A stretch of 64,000 nt of DNA, from the NCBI GenBank assembly GCA_000708835.1, contig DF237264.1, positions 40,841-104,840 of the forward strand. The letters are read 5' to 3'. The position numbers and the translations under genes were made by a program. The stretch comes from Klebsormidium nitens (Eukaryota > Plantae > Klebsormidiophyceae). Below, piece after piece: positions 1 through 13,200 of the stretch (the stretch's first letter is position 1; the number at the start of each line of letters is the position of its first letter). The notes under the pieces were generated by a model that was given only the letters and a program-made list of their open reading frames with translations, ran no database searches and had not been told where the DNA came from.

Positions 1-3000
1 CGCATGATGCGGGCGATGTGTCGCCACTGCATGAGCGCGAACCGGGAGTGGTACAGCACGTTCTGGAAGCCGACGTTGCTCGTCAGCGTTCCCCAGACGC
101 ACACCTGCGGGGCGAGGAAAAACATTGTAAGCCGTCACCGTCGTCCCCTCGATCTCGCTTGTATGAGAAGTTCAGGACGCATATGCAGTCCGGTTCTTGC
201 ATTTAGAGTCTTACAGATTGACAGCGTCGTGTGGGTTTTGCGAGAGATCTGTGCAAGTCTAAGGTCGCTGGTCATGAGCGTTCCCCGTACGCAGTTTGGA
301 AGCAGTATCTGTTCGCATGTCTTCAAAACACAACTGCCAGATTTAGGCCGCTGCCAAGGTAGCTTGCATTGAGTATGTTTGATATCCGGCCTGCTTTTTG
401 TCGGATCGACTATAAGCGGAAGGAACTTTATTAGCGGGCGATACGAAGATGCACATGCAACCAAAAGCTTACAAAGGAGCCCCTGCCCAACACACGAAGG
501 CTGTTGGCGCACTAAGGGAGAGGAAAAGGCGCCGACGACATTTTCAGGACTGGAAAGATTTGAGAAAAGGTCCCCTTGATATAACGAGATGTATGATAGA
601 TCGACTGTAATGTCTGTGAAAGACGGGACCTCCGATAAACCTGCGAAACTTCGTACGAACCCGTGACAGCCGTTCGTAACGATCCGGGTGCTTGCTTGAT
701 TGAATCACTCAGTTCAGCGGTTTTGGATCTGATTGTCGGACGTTAAACGGCAAAGTGAAGCCTTCGCGCATAAAAGTCCAGCCTGCCTATCCATTGCAAC
801 TCCGTATTCCAGCTTGGAAAACCGAACTTCAGGGAATGACAATTCTCCATATGAATGTGAAACCAACAGGCTTTCTCAAGAGGGCCCTTTGCATGTTTCT
901 GGCTATGGGGTACTGACTTGCTGACGTCACTTTCCACTAACTAGACCCGACACTTTTCGGCGACTCGCATGCAGACGTCTTACTTAACAGGTTGCCAGAT
1001 CCACGCTCATTTCTAAACCACCCGCCTCACCTGTCGCTGGGGATCACACGTAGACGCGATATGGTCCATCAGAACGCCATACATTCTGTCCGTTTCCGTC
1101 CAGTTCCGTTTCCGCTGGTCCTGGAAAAAGGCGTCCCAGCTGCCGCTGTTGAAGTAGAGCAAGTCCGGCTGCCAGTCCTTCTCCCCGATTGTCTCTGGAA
1201 TCTTTTGGAGCACGTTCCCAACGTCCTGCGAAGATCGGGAATCAAGTAAGTGCCGCAGAGTCGTCGGGAACCAAGCGAGGCTTGTCTTTGGGCGTGCAGG
1301 GTTCGGCCCGGTTTGGAAGTACTAAGATTGTTGACGGGTCCTTGCGACTTTGCTCAGGAGATGCATGTTGAGATCGAAAAATTCAGAGACTGAATCCGTG
1401 CTCAAATGTAGGATTAATTTAGGCGGCAAAGAAACATTACGAGGTTGGCAGATTGGGTAATTCGGTGTAACCCTCTGCCCGAATGTTTGATTGGAGGAAC
1501 TTGGAAGAGCTTTGAGCATCCTGAAAGAGACGGATTTACAATTGTGCCTGTCACTTCTCTTGTGTGCTTCCGAAAACCGGAGACAAGATACGGAAGTATT
1601 GTCGGAGGAACAGGGTTTGAGAAACTGATGTGAGTCCTTCTGTAGCTTTCGATGCTTGGAAAGGCATGGTGCCAACTTTACAAGTAGGTTGCCTGGAGGT
1701 TCGACATATAATAGGCCGGCATGGCTCTATTTGAGGAAGAAGAAAGACACTGAGCATGGCAACAGAGAAGCAAAGTACGACAAGGTGCAATCACCAACTC
1801 GAAAGATCTCTTTACATCACCCTTGTTTGGGTGTGGCAGCTGATGATTGATATGTTAAGCTCAGATGGAGCCTGCGTTGTTTGATTTCGGTGCGTTCTGT
1901 ATTTTGTTAGATTGTCACTTCCAAGAAACAATTCTAACCACCAAACATACTCATAAGCTGAAGGCACTCACCTCCCGCATCCGATAGCTTATGCGCACGC
2001 TGTATGGCTCCGTTGGCAGCTTATCCGGGTTCAGAATGTCTCGTGCGGTCTTGAACAGAATGCTCCCGTCCCCCCTGAAAAAATAGTCCACGATCGCAAT
2101 GTGGGGAAACTCGTCCCACTCCCCCGTGCCATTGAACCAGAGCGTGTCGCTGTACGGCTGGTTATGGGTGGGATCTAGAATGGTAAGGAGTCCCAAGCAC
2201 AAGGCCCTCGTGTTTGAGTCGCCGATGAAGAACACCCATTTCCCCGCAAAGAGGCGGAGAATGTCTTCCTTCGAGTAAAAATGGTAGAAGCAGGGGGGCT
2301 GAAAATGAAGCTGCCCATCAGAGCGCTCTGTTAGATTCTCTACAAGGTCAGGGAATGCGTCGAGAACGGACCCAAAGTCATCTCCCTCATACTCCAAACC
2401 CGCGGTGCGCTCCGGGGAAAGGGATCCCTCCGCTTCGTCAAGAAAGACTTGCATGGCGTCATATGGAAGCGGGACGAAAGAAGAGTTGCGCCAGGAGCCT
2501 AGTAACGTTCCTGACGTGCATTGCCTCAGCCCTCCTTTTTGAGCTTCCAAAGCCTGCCCCGCTAAACCTGACTGCATTGGGAGCTCATTCTCTCCAGCTG
2601 CTCTTGCAGCCAGCTCATCGGCAGCCAGCTCACCGTCTTTGTCTAGCTCCTCTAATGACATGTCAGAAAGAGAATCCTTCTTCGATCCAGTCTGATATGT
2701 CCCTCCCTGCCCTCTGAAACTAGCAAAGAACGCCCCCCAGGTTTGGTTCAAGCCGTCTACCGCTGCCCGAGTCCCCACTTGATCGGTTCTAAGCCTCTCC
2801 ATGTCTTTGCGCATGTCGGACATCTCAGACCTGATCGCATCAAGCCGCGCATCCTCCCTGCCAAACCCCACCTTGTCCGAAAGGCTTTGGAAGAATGCTG
2901 ACACATTGCTGACGTCGGCGGAGGATCCTTCAGATGTCGTGTCAAGCGGGTTGTGATTTGCGACGAGGGTGGCGTAGAGTGAGAACAAGAGGAGAACTGT

Positions 3001-3066
3001 GAGAGCCACAATGGCAGCCAGTCTGATCCCAAGCACTCTCTTCTGTAGTATACCCTGGGGCGCCAT
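1..3066 (-). CDS. SGNH-hydrolase/PC-esterase (TBL/NXPE-like) type II membrane protein, putative glycan O-acetyltransferase/esterase; 3' end lies beyond the window start. Exons 3066-1972, 1225-1031, 104-<1
   Basis: N-terminal signal-anchor (IRLAAIVALTVLLLFSLYATLVA) and coiled-coil stem. C-x-Y...LFAGKWVFFIGDSNTR carries the GDS motif, and PDLLYFNSGSWD matches the SGNH block III-like motif. All junctions are phase 0 with GT/AG (GAG|GTGAGT at 1972/1971, CAG|GTGAGG at 1031/1030). Confidence 0.8.
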
Positions 3067-4489
3067 GCTGCTATTGGCATTGACAACGACCTAAGCCCTC
3101 CACTTGCAGCTCAAAGTATTCCGGCAGAACATGACGGAAGCAAAAGACGCCGGTAGCAAGCAAGGTGCAGAAACCTGATTTAGCTTCCTGTGGAGGGCCT
3201 GATGGGGTTGCTTTGCTACTTTCCCAACTGCAGGGGCTGTGCCAATACCGTCGCAGACTCAGAGGAGCTGAGCTAGGGGTTACGATTTCTACACATCCTA
3301 GCTGAATCACATTAGAAGGAAACGCTGGCGCCTGTACCTCAAATTCAGTTCTTAGGATCATCTGAGTCACACAGGAGATACAGAGGAGACATCCAAGAAA
3401 CTGCAGGCTGCTGCTCTTTCACAATGATTGTTGCAGGCGCACTAGGACAAGATGTCAAAGCCCTGCGCGCTTGATGGAAAGTGACTTCCGCATTGCGTCC
3501 TCGATTTGAGAGTCGACTCAAACTTCAAAGAGTGGACAACTCTGCAAATTGATTTTGTCATGTGCTCATCAGCCTCTAGGTATAATAATGTCATATTTGG
3601 TGAACGGTAGGCACTTGTGCAATTATTGGAATAATCTCTCATTGGTCAGAATCTAGAATGTTTTGACAGAAAACTGTTACATGAGCCCCGAGCACATCTG
3701 TTATTAATTTAAGCACCAACCCAAAAATCTACGCCGCTACGCGCTTCTTTCCCCGCACATACCTACCCTAACCTCCAGCTAACCCTAACCGTTCCCCGGG
3801 TGCATACCCTCGAAACAATTGGCCCTAGCGAATCGCACGTACATATTAGTGACAGACTCAGTGACTGAGCTGGCGCTTCCAACAGTCAGTACGCACGCTC
3901 TTGGACCCGCTAGAAAAAGTTTGGAACCGTCGATCGATGGGGGCAGCCCCCAACTTTGACCCTCTGGATCGTTCGATGGGGTTAGCATTAAATGCTCTCT
4001 GGCAACCGCAAATGTGGACCCTAAAGTTTGCTGGCGACGCCCTCCGGTAATTAGAGTGAGGGCGTCGCCGCGTTCCCGAACTTTCGTCTTGACACAGCCT
4101 GCCAATTGGGCACAGAAAAGGTTGGTGGTGTCAAAGCCCCAGAAGCGTGCGTACTGACTGCCAAGGGCTCGTGAGCAATTGCAAGCCGTACGTTGTGGCC
4201 ACGTGGTATACCTGGGACCCCATCTTGGAAGCCTCGGCACCGTCGATAAACTAACCGTAAGGTTGAACGGGCGCGAACTTCATTATCATACCGTCTACGG
4301 TACAGTATTAAAAGCCACACAGATGGGAGGAAGGGAGTGATGGACACTTCTCTTATAATAGTTATATAGCCCGAGCGCACGATCGAAGGCATGGGGGGGA
4401 CATTCGGACATGGTAATCTGTACTTGCAGTACTTGGGACAATTGACATTCCAAGCGCCACACGGAGGTAACAGAGCACCGCACTCAAGA

Positions 4490-4771
4490 GGCCTATCCTG
4501 GACCCGGAGGTCGCAGAGTCGCGGTGAAGGTCGCGGACGAAAGTCGCGGAAAGTCGCGAAAAGTCGCGGAACGTCGCGGAGCATTGCAAGCATATAAACA
4601 TAAAAGTTGCTTCAAAACATGCTTTTCAAAGATTGATAAAGTCGCGGTCAGTGAAGGTTGCGAAGTTCGCGGAACAAAGTCGCGGACTCAGTCGCGTAAA
4701 GTCGCGCAGAATCGCGGAAAGTCGCGCAACGTCGCGGGCAACTCTGGCAACCTCCGGGCCCAGGATAAGCC
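4490..4771. mobile_element. MITE-like non-autonomous DNA element (~282 bp) with ~33-bp imperfect TIRs and 12 internal GTCGCG motifs
   Basis: Left end GGCCTATCCTGGACCCGGAGGTCGC-AGAGTCGC matches the reverse complement of the right end, GGCTTATCCTGGGCCCGGAGGTTGCCAGAGTTGC. The TSD is ambiguous (TA if the TIR starts at TCCTGG). No ORF of note. Confidence 0.7.
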
Positions 4772-7296
4772 AATTAGGAGCAATTGCAGTACGGTATTCC
4801 TACGGTAAGTACTATTCACCGTTGTGTACACTCGACGTTCAACTGAGCGTCACGCCTTCTGACCCCTGAAGATCATCTGCGGCCATACACTAGTACAACA
4901 GACGCTCATATTGTCAGAGCACAACTCGTAGAGACTCGCGGCACTGCATTGCTAGCGCTGAACGCCGTTTGGAACTTCATTAAATCGCATGATTAGCAGA
5001 TGCCTTGTATTGTCGTCAATAGAGGAGAGAAACCTAAGTCGCGCAACAGTATAAATAGAACTGGAGCGTTGCCGAAACAGGTGTCACACCCGCCATTTGA
5101 ACGGGTACGTACTCTCCGGAAGCAGCTTATGCTAATCCCGAACTTCTGACAGGCAGTCAGTAAGGACGTCAAATTGTAGCGGCATATCATATGATATAGT
5201 CGCCGATTGCGCACTGAGATTTTGACAACTTTAATCAAACGCACCTCATTGTCAACACTGGACGCAGCCCCGAACATGCAGTCCTAACAAACGTTTTGCT
5301 ATATCAGCATCCATCTGCGGCCCAACACGTGACTCCGGCAGATCCTCTCAAAAAGAGATCTGGCATGTGCACTATATTCATGTGTAACTTAACGTCACTT
5401 CGCGACTGCTACTTAGTACAGCCCGACGTCGACTGCTTCCACACCTCACTATATCTTGAAGATGGCTCTCGTTTTCGGGTCGCCATATATGTGAATCCCT
5501 TTCCGGAATTACAAACTTGGGGCTTAACAACAGGGCAACGGTGCCTGCATGAGGCTCAAATTCGAGTTGCTCGGACCGCCTGCATGTCAATATGAGGCTA
5601 TGCGACCTAACTTAGATTTCGTCCCTCTAGCGTAAATATCTTGTGGCAGCTGTCCGAACTGGTGGCACTAGTTCCACTTCAGTCGTAAGCAGTGACTGTT
5701 GCATGCACTTTGGACAATCTAGACATTACAAATTACCCGGAGCCTAGATTACTCTAGACAACTGAATGCCTGATCACTGTCTCACTGTACTTTTTCCTGA
5801 CCCGTAGGCTTAGAAGTTACCACTATGAAACCTCAACCGCGTCTCAGGCAATCCAATGAAGTTCGGGAAAACTTCCAATCATCGATTAGACGCCGTGCCT
5901 TCAGTGTAGACATCAGGCTTGGTTTTTGGACTCGACACACTTTTCTAGTGTTTTGAGTCTAGTCATGCAGTACGAAACGGGGTCTTGTTCGATCAACGTA
6001 CGTAAAAGCAGATGATTACAGAACACTGCCAGTGTCAGTACGTTGATGCTCCCATTGGTATACACGACACTGTTTTCAAACAACTTTCAATTTATTGTTC
6101 AAACCACGTCCAATTTATTGTCCGCATGGCGAATCACACCGCGTTGAAACTTGTGCAAGCCTTTCGATTGCACTTTTACGAGTATCGTTCTACACATTGC
6201 TACGTAACGTTACAGAAGTGCTCCTGAAACCGTCATTGAAGGGCGCAGAGTCGCTCTGCTTTCCGCCAGATCGATGTTAGTGGACCGGAACGGCTAGAAG
6301 TGCACCGGAAGCGCTGTCTTCTTGCCGCACAAGTTCTCCACAAGTCTCAGTGTCATGGAAACGAGCCTGCACGTGAAGCAACGACGCCGTTATTTCAGTC
6401 CAAGATTTCGAGCCGACTCTCTGGGGCGGAGACCCACACGCATCTAGTGAAGCTGGAGTAACTTCACCAGTTACTTTTTGCATGGTAAGTCCTTTCTCTG
6501 TTTCAAGATATTAGAGAGACAAATATGAACGGGTATGAGGTGGGCGTAGGGGTACCGTTAAGTGACTTATCTTCAAAATAGTAAAGCCTTATACCGGATT
6601 CGATTTTGATTGACGTCTTTACCAGATGCCGGAAGGGGAACGACCGCTTGCATTCGACTCTTGCTGCAGAAGAAAATACCTGATTCAGACCGAAAAACGC
6701 GTATTCTCAAGGACAAAAGCTGACAAACCGCTAACTCAAGTCTTTCAAAATGCGCGCACAGACTCCGACTCGAGGAATGAAGGGTGATATACGTACTGTG
6801 CGTCGCCGATGCGTTAACGGGCGCTTGCCGACTCCAGCGATCTTGCAGATCTCGAGATTTACAAGAATAGTTCAAAAAGACCTGGAGTACAGAAACCTAA
6901 CCAAGTGAAGACCTTAAACAGAAGGTGCCCACAAGCGATTTTGAAAACAAGATGCGAACAGGCTGTCGGATGCTGGTAGCACATAGGTTACAATTCCGAG
7001 CAACGATCGCGCGTCTTAAAGTTTACATGCGCTAAAGATACCCTGCAGGTTGAAAGCGTTGGTGACGTCAGCAGCACCGAGCCTTGAGCCTTTCGTCGGG
7101 AACCTTCCCCCAGTGAGAAGACGGACAAAAACAAAGAAACGTAACATGGGGCTTGCGCGCGCGCGGTCGCGCGTTGAAGACCGCCGCTCAAGATGGCCAG
7201 CAGCTTGGACTTACTGCGACTGGAAAGGAATATGAGCTCTGGGCTATCAACCAAGAAAATAATCATTAAACTAAAAAGTGACGGGCGCGCGCGCGC

Positions 7297-10200
7297 TCAC
7301 GCGTTGACTACGCCGCTGAAGATGGACAGCAGCTGCAGCGCAATCATGGTGTAGCCCAGCGCCTCCTCGTTCCTGCGCAGCTGCCCCTTCGAGTTGACGT
7401 CCTGCTTCACCACGAGCGCCAACGCCAGCGTGACGACAGCAAGCTCGCACACGGTGCTGAAAATCTCGGCCAGCTGGAGGGGCGCGCGGATGAAGGGCTG
7501 CGGCGACACAGAGTTTGGCGATTCAATCACAGTTCTCCGAACCAACCCCGTGCGAGATTCTACGGGACGGGTCTCTCGTTGGAAGCCTCTTGTGGATCTG
7601 TTTCGGGTCACTTTGACGTCAGTGAAATTGGCAAAACGTACAGCGGCCGAACAGCAGCTCGGCCCGCACGGGCGGACGAAGGATTGCGGCGGAAGGGGTT
7701 TCAATTGAAAAGCAAAACGCAACTGACATGTTTAATTGAGCAATTTCAACCGTTCAGATCGAAGCCTCGAGAAATTGAGTGTGTGAAGAAAGCAAAGACG
7801 ATGAAGACGAGTTCGGAGGAAGGGGCCCGTTTGAGGGTTTGTGGCCTCACCTTAAGGAGGACCAGCACAATGACGAAAAGTCCGCGCATGGAGACGATAA
7901 GGCAGACCTGCCAGTACGACGAGCGCACGCCGTGCGTGGCGCCCAGCAGAGCCGCTTCAATGGCCTGCATTCGGGGGCACTTGACTTTTGAGAAGAAGAT
8001 AGTAACGGGTGGATGACTTGGGTAGTCAGGTCGTGATCATAAGGCTCAGGTCCTGAACCCCAAAGGTCAAGATGCAAGTAACCGGTGAGTCTTAGCCAGC
8101 AGAGCCGCTTCCATCTCTTGGATCGTAGGGAGAGTTGGCTTGTGATTAACGATGAGAACGGCGAGGTTTACTTCGAACATCGGTGATTACGATTTGCGAG
8201 ATGCAGGTCTCAACAGAGATGTAAGCACTCGCACACCGTAAAATGCAAGCACACGTGAATGCATGTGAAAGCAAAGACTTGACTCAACGCCTGCTGGACC
8301 ATTTTCTCTCCCAAGTGGTGAAAACCCTACGATCCCCAAAGGCCGTAGAACCCGGGCGCCATCTACTCATCACAAATGATACATCGTCTTGAAATAACAG
8401 AAACATTGAAACTCTAGTTCTAAGACCTTGGAACTCTACGATTCTAAGAACCCAAATCACGTAATTGGGGCCCCGCCTTACTTACCACCACCAGCACTGG
8501 GTACATCATTTCCGACCCCAATTTCTCAAACCTCCTTAAAACCTTCAGATTCTACGATTCTAAGAATCCAATCACGTCATCGGGCCCCCGCCCTACTTAC
8601 CACCACCAGCAGGTACATCATTTTCCACCCCGGCCGGAAGTGCGTCGCGAAGCCCACTCTTCCGACCCGATGAACCGACCGCACGTTTTGCAACCGGGAG
8701 AGTTTCCCGGACGCTTTGCCGGGCGCCGCCTCGAGCGGCGCCTCCCACTTGACCGACGTGGGTCTTGCGCCAACTTTTTCTTCCGCGGGTGTGACGTGGA
8801 CGACGTGCTTCCCCTCCTCCTCTTGGACTTCAATGACGTCAGCAAGTGGCCCGCTCCTGACCTCTGGCAATGAGTCGCTATTCTTCTCGGTAGACAAGTC
8901 CTCGCCCACTTCCGGTGCCGCGCCGGAACGACTGGTGAGCGGAACGGAAAAGTCTTCTACGAAATCCTCCTCTCGGGCGCCAGAAACGATGGAATCGACG
9001 GCCGGAGACCATGAATCGCTTCTTCGGGAGCGCGTCTTTAAGGACAGAGTGGTCGGGGCGCCCTTACGGGTCGCCGAGCGCATCAGCGACCCGGCGATGT
9101 TCACCAGTTCGGAGGGGCGACCGGAGTAGTCGGCGTAAAAGTACCCGTACTTCGCACGGAAGAGGTCGCCTTCTTCGGAGTCTACCGGCTCCCACGAACC
9201 GACGAAGGGGGCTCTGAACCAAGCCGTGGAGGCCCCCCTGCGTCGTTGCTCGGAGACGAAAGCGACCGACTTGCTCTGGGGGAGAAGAAAAGCCGCAACT
9301 TCTCGAAACCTCTCTTTTTCTTGATATTAGTGAATGGGCTTCTTCCCTTTGAAGGTGTCTCGAACTTCAAGCCGGAGCGGGCAATTTATTTTATACTAGG
9401 AATCTGCATCTCATTGCGAGTCAGGCACACTCTAAGCAGGTGAACGCATCGATCCGCTAAAACATACAAATCAAAAGGTCTGGGTTTACCCGAGACTTCA
9501 GAGCGGAAGTGTGACCAAGTCAGAAGAGAGCAAAAAAGGGAGGTCAAATTGTCAGGGGGGTACTGAGCATTTAGAGATTGGAAAGGGCGATCTAAAGGCT
9601 TCTAAACAGCTGAGAGCACGGAGTCAAAAGGGAATGTTTGGTACAGCGGGCTCTGATCGTCACCGGAAGAGAGAAAATCGGAGGCAGCAGTAAAAGCAGC
9701 ACTTCGCTCAAGCACCAAAAACACGGATGTGGTTGATTTACACTCGTATGTAAGGGTTGCAAAGACTCCCAAAGATTTTGATGTAGCGAAGGTGGAAAGC
9801 GCATACGTGGCGGAAGGATGAGAGCTCTCACCATGTGCACGTGGCGCCACAGGATTGACAGCACGAACAAGAAGAAAACGAGGATGAGGAGCAGAACGGC
9901 CAGGCCCAGTACTATGCCCGCTGGCGATTTACCTGCGCGGAAGAGTCAGCACATTCTCAACATGGTGTACACGAAAAACTCGAAGAAGAACGAATCAGTG
10001 CGGCCTAGCGTGGTAGAGTGACTTGGAACCCGAGCATGCTCTAGAAACGAGAACGAAAACAGATTCTACTGAGAGAGTGCGGGACAGAACTACGTTTTTT
10101 TGTCTTGACGGGGACCACATGTGATGTAGAGCTTTGCACAGACAAGTCTTCCGGTATTCATGGCCCCTTCTCTACAAGATTCATTAGCGCATCTTTGCAC

Positions 10201-13200
10201 GACACGTGTCACCACTCACCCACGATCGCTCCCAGCGCGACGTAAGCGAGCGCCACGATTGCGACGGAGAAGAAGGTCAGCTCTAGGGCGGGGAACACCA
10301 GGAACGAGGGGACCGCTTCTCGTTTGAGGAGTCGCGCCAGAGGTTTCGAGGCCAGCTGGAGAAGTCCGATACAAATCAGGATCATGGTGATCCAAAACAC
10401 CGCCCGGAGAAAGCCGCGCAGCCTGCAGATTATGTGGCAGAGAGTGATTTCGAAAGTGAGTATATCCTCGTAAGTACCCAAATCAATCGTTTAAGTCCGA
10501 GGGTTTAGGGAAGTAAGCACAGTCACCGTCTTCTCGTAGAAAAGAGAGCTTCATTAAGATTGCCAGAGTGCGGAAGACAGGCGGAGTTGGTCTGGATAAT
10601 CAGGATATTCCCACGAACAAAGCTGCGCGAGCGTCAAACACAGGCCGGTTCAAAGACCCGTCGCATCTATTTCCTCACCCGTTATGGCCCACCGTATGGA
10701 ACAGGTTGAGCGTATTCACACTCAGCTCTTGGCTGTAGATTTCGGCGCGCGCCTCGTAGGAGATGTTTCCTTCGCTGAAGGTCACGGGACGACCCTGGTT
10801 GATCAGCGACGCGTTAGCCGGAATGAAACGGTTCGTCGTTGACAGATTAAACGGAACGGGCGGAATTGTCCCGTCGAAAGGACCGGGCACCGCGGTTCCG
10901 TTGGTAGACGTTCTGCTGTTAGCCGTTCCGTTGATTACTGTTCCGTTCCCCAGCTGGGCCTGGAGCAGCCGCCGGCCGAGCCGCTCCCTCGTAGCCGCTA
11001 GCGTTCCGTTCGTTCCGCCGGACGGAACGCCGGAACTTAGCCCCTGTGGGCGGTCCGTATAGGGGATGGGGCTGTCGCGCGTGATTCTGTCGAATGGCGA
11101 CGGCCAGCGCATCAGGGAGAAGGAGAGAGCGGAACTGGCGTCGATATAGGGCGTCGGCAACGGGGCGTTGAGGCTCTGGCGGGCGGCAAACAGGCTCAAG
11201 CTGGAAGCCACGTTCTGCGGAAACAACCAGAGGTTTTAGGATTTCCAAATACTGATGGAAGTTTGAGATCGGAAAGCAAAAAACCTTCGCGGAGGATTAG
11301 ACGACAGTTTGAAGACAATTCAAGAAACAATTCTTGAAAACTACGTGGACTCTCCGTGAGATCTTTCAGGACATGCAGTTCATCGGCCGGAGCTTTTGGC
11401 ACTGAAAAGGCGCTTGAGAAGATTCTGAGTCCGGCTGATCAGAGCCTCCTTATGAATCTTGCGGAAGCCCTCTGGGTAGCGGCAAACGAGAGGACTGAGA
11501 AGCTGGCGAAAGCGAACAGACATGTAGAAAGCCGAAGGTCTGACGTCAGCATTCACGATGGTGCCCGTCATGATTTCTCGTGTACCAAGAATCAAATCCT
11601 GGACACGGTGCAGCGGAAGAATATAACATGGGAAACCAAACAGGTAGGAATGCTGAACCCAAGAGGAACAAAATTGAAGACGCACGACCTGACTCCTCGT
11701 GTAACCAAGAGACAAACGGTAGGGGAGTCTTTGGCCCTCAATCATGTTTGGTTATGGGCTAGCTATGGGCTGGTCACAAAAGGCTTAACTGTCGAGGAAC
11801 CAGACTTGCGCGATGATAATTTGGAACAGGGTTAACATCAACCTGAGAATCGATTCTGATGAACAGCCTGGTTAACAGCCAAGATCTCCCCTGAAAGCAA
11901 AAAGAGCTGAAGCTCTGCAGGCTGCGCTCAAGATGATCAAGCTCGAAGACGCAAAACCGTGTACCCAGAAACGAAAAATGGGGGAGGGAAGCAAGAACTA
12001 AAGTCGAAGCTATGCAGTTTGCACTTACGATTAACGAGCTTGAGGACGAAAGAATTGCATTCTCGTGTATCAATGTGACTGAAGATTGGAAAGAAAGTGA
12101 AAGAGTCGAAGCTTTTCCTTCTGCACTGACAATGAACAAGCTCGACAACGCCTGGAAGACTCATATGATCGTGCACAAAGAAACGAAAGATTCGAAATGA
12201 TAGCCAATAAAGGCCGGAACTCTGTCGTCTGCACTCACAATGAACAAGCTCGACGACGCCTGGATGAAGAAAGTTCCCGCCGCCATTACCCCCAGCGACG
12301 CGATCGCGGCCGCGCGCACGCCCGTCTGGAGCCTTTGGTCAACGTTGTCTACGAGGGTTTAAAGGTTTCAGGGTGTTAGGAGACGCTAGTTAGAGCCGCT
12401 GTTCACTTCTACATTCGAGGAAACCCTATTTTGAGCTTCTTAGATTGTGTTCCGATTGCGTTCATGGGGGTTTGTCCAGTGATTGAAGCACGCTGAAGGC
12501 AGGAGTGTCGTTACGCAAAGCCCTAACGGCATCAAAGATGCTCGCTTTCAAAGTAATAGCGGCTTTGGATGTATGTAAGCTCATTACGCCTGGATGATTT
12601 TTGGGCGAAAGCAGACTGTTTGCAGACCTGGCTTATGGGTTCACGAGAGGGATGGAGCCTCAGGCGGCGATACAATCCCATTTTTCAGCCTCCAAATCAA
12701 TCTGCCGGTACTCTAGTTTGCATGCAGCAGAATTTTGAAAGCATTGAACGGTAGGTCCAGATTGAAATGCCTCGCGGCGACTTACTTTGGGGGCTTGGAA
12801 GCTTCAACTTTATCGTTAGAACGGTTTCATACTAGACGGCGCTTTCCGCCTTCGCAGAAGTCTTCGAAACCCCGGACGAGCAAGCGCCCAACACGCGGGG
12901 GGGGGAAAACAAGTGCCGAGAGAGCAAGCGGCCACGTGGCGCACTGCGAGTGGCGAGAATGGTCGCTTACAGTTGAGCACTTGCAGCTGATTGGACGCCG
13001 TGTTCCCGATCCCCACGATGCTGTAAGCGCTGTCCGCGGGGGCTTGGATCACGAGGTTAGCGTTCGGGTCAATGACCACGGTTAAGACGTACGAAAAGCC
13101 GTCTGCGGTGGCGGCATTCGGACCGGCCCTGCAGCGGACAGAAAATTGGTTCCAACCGTAACCGAGAACGTGTTACGAGAGGATTCAGGGCTGGGTTGTG

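Noticed and set aside
4508-4740. GTCGCG repeats as CRISPR or plasmid iterons, and the R/K-rich ORFs over them
   Set aside because: They are irregularly spaced short motifs enclosed by TIRs, and the ORFs are translations of the repeat.
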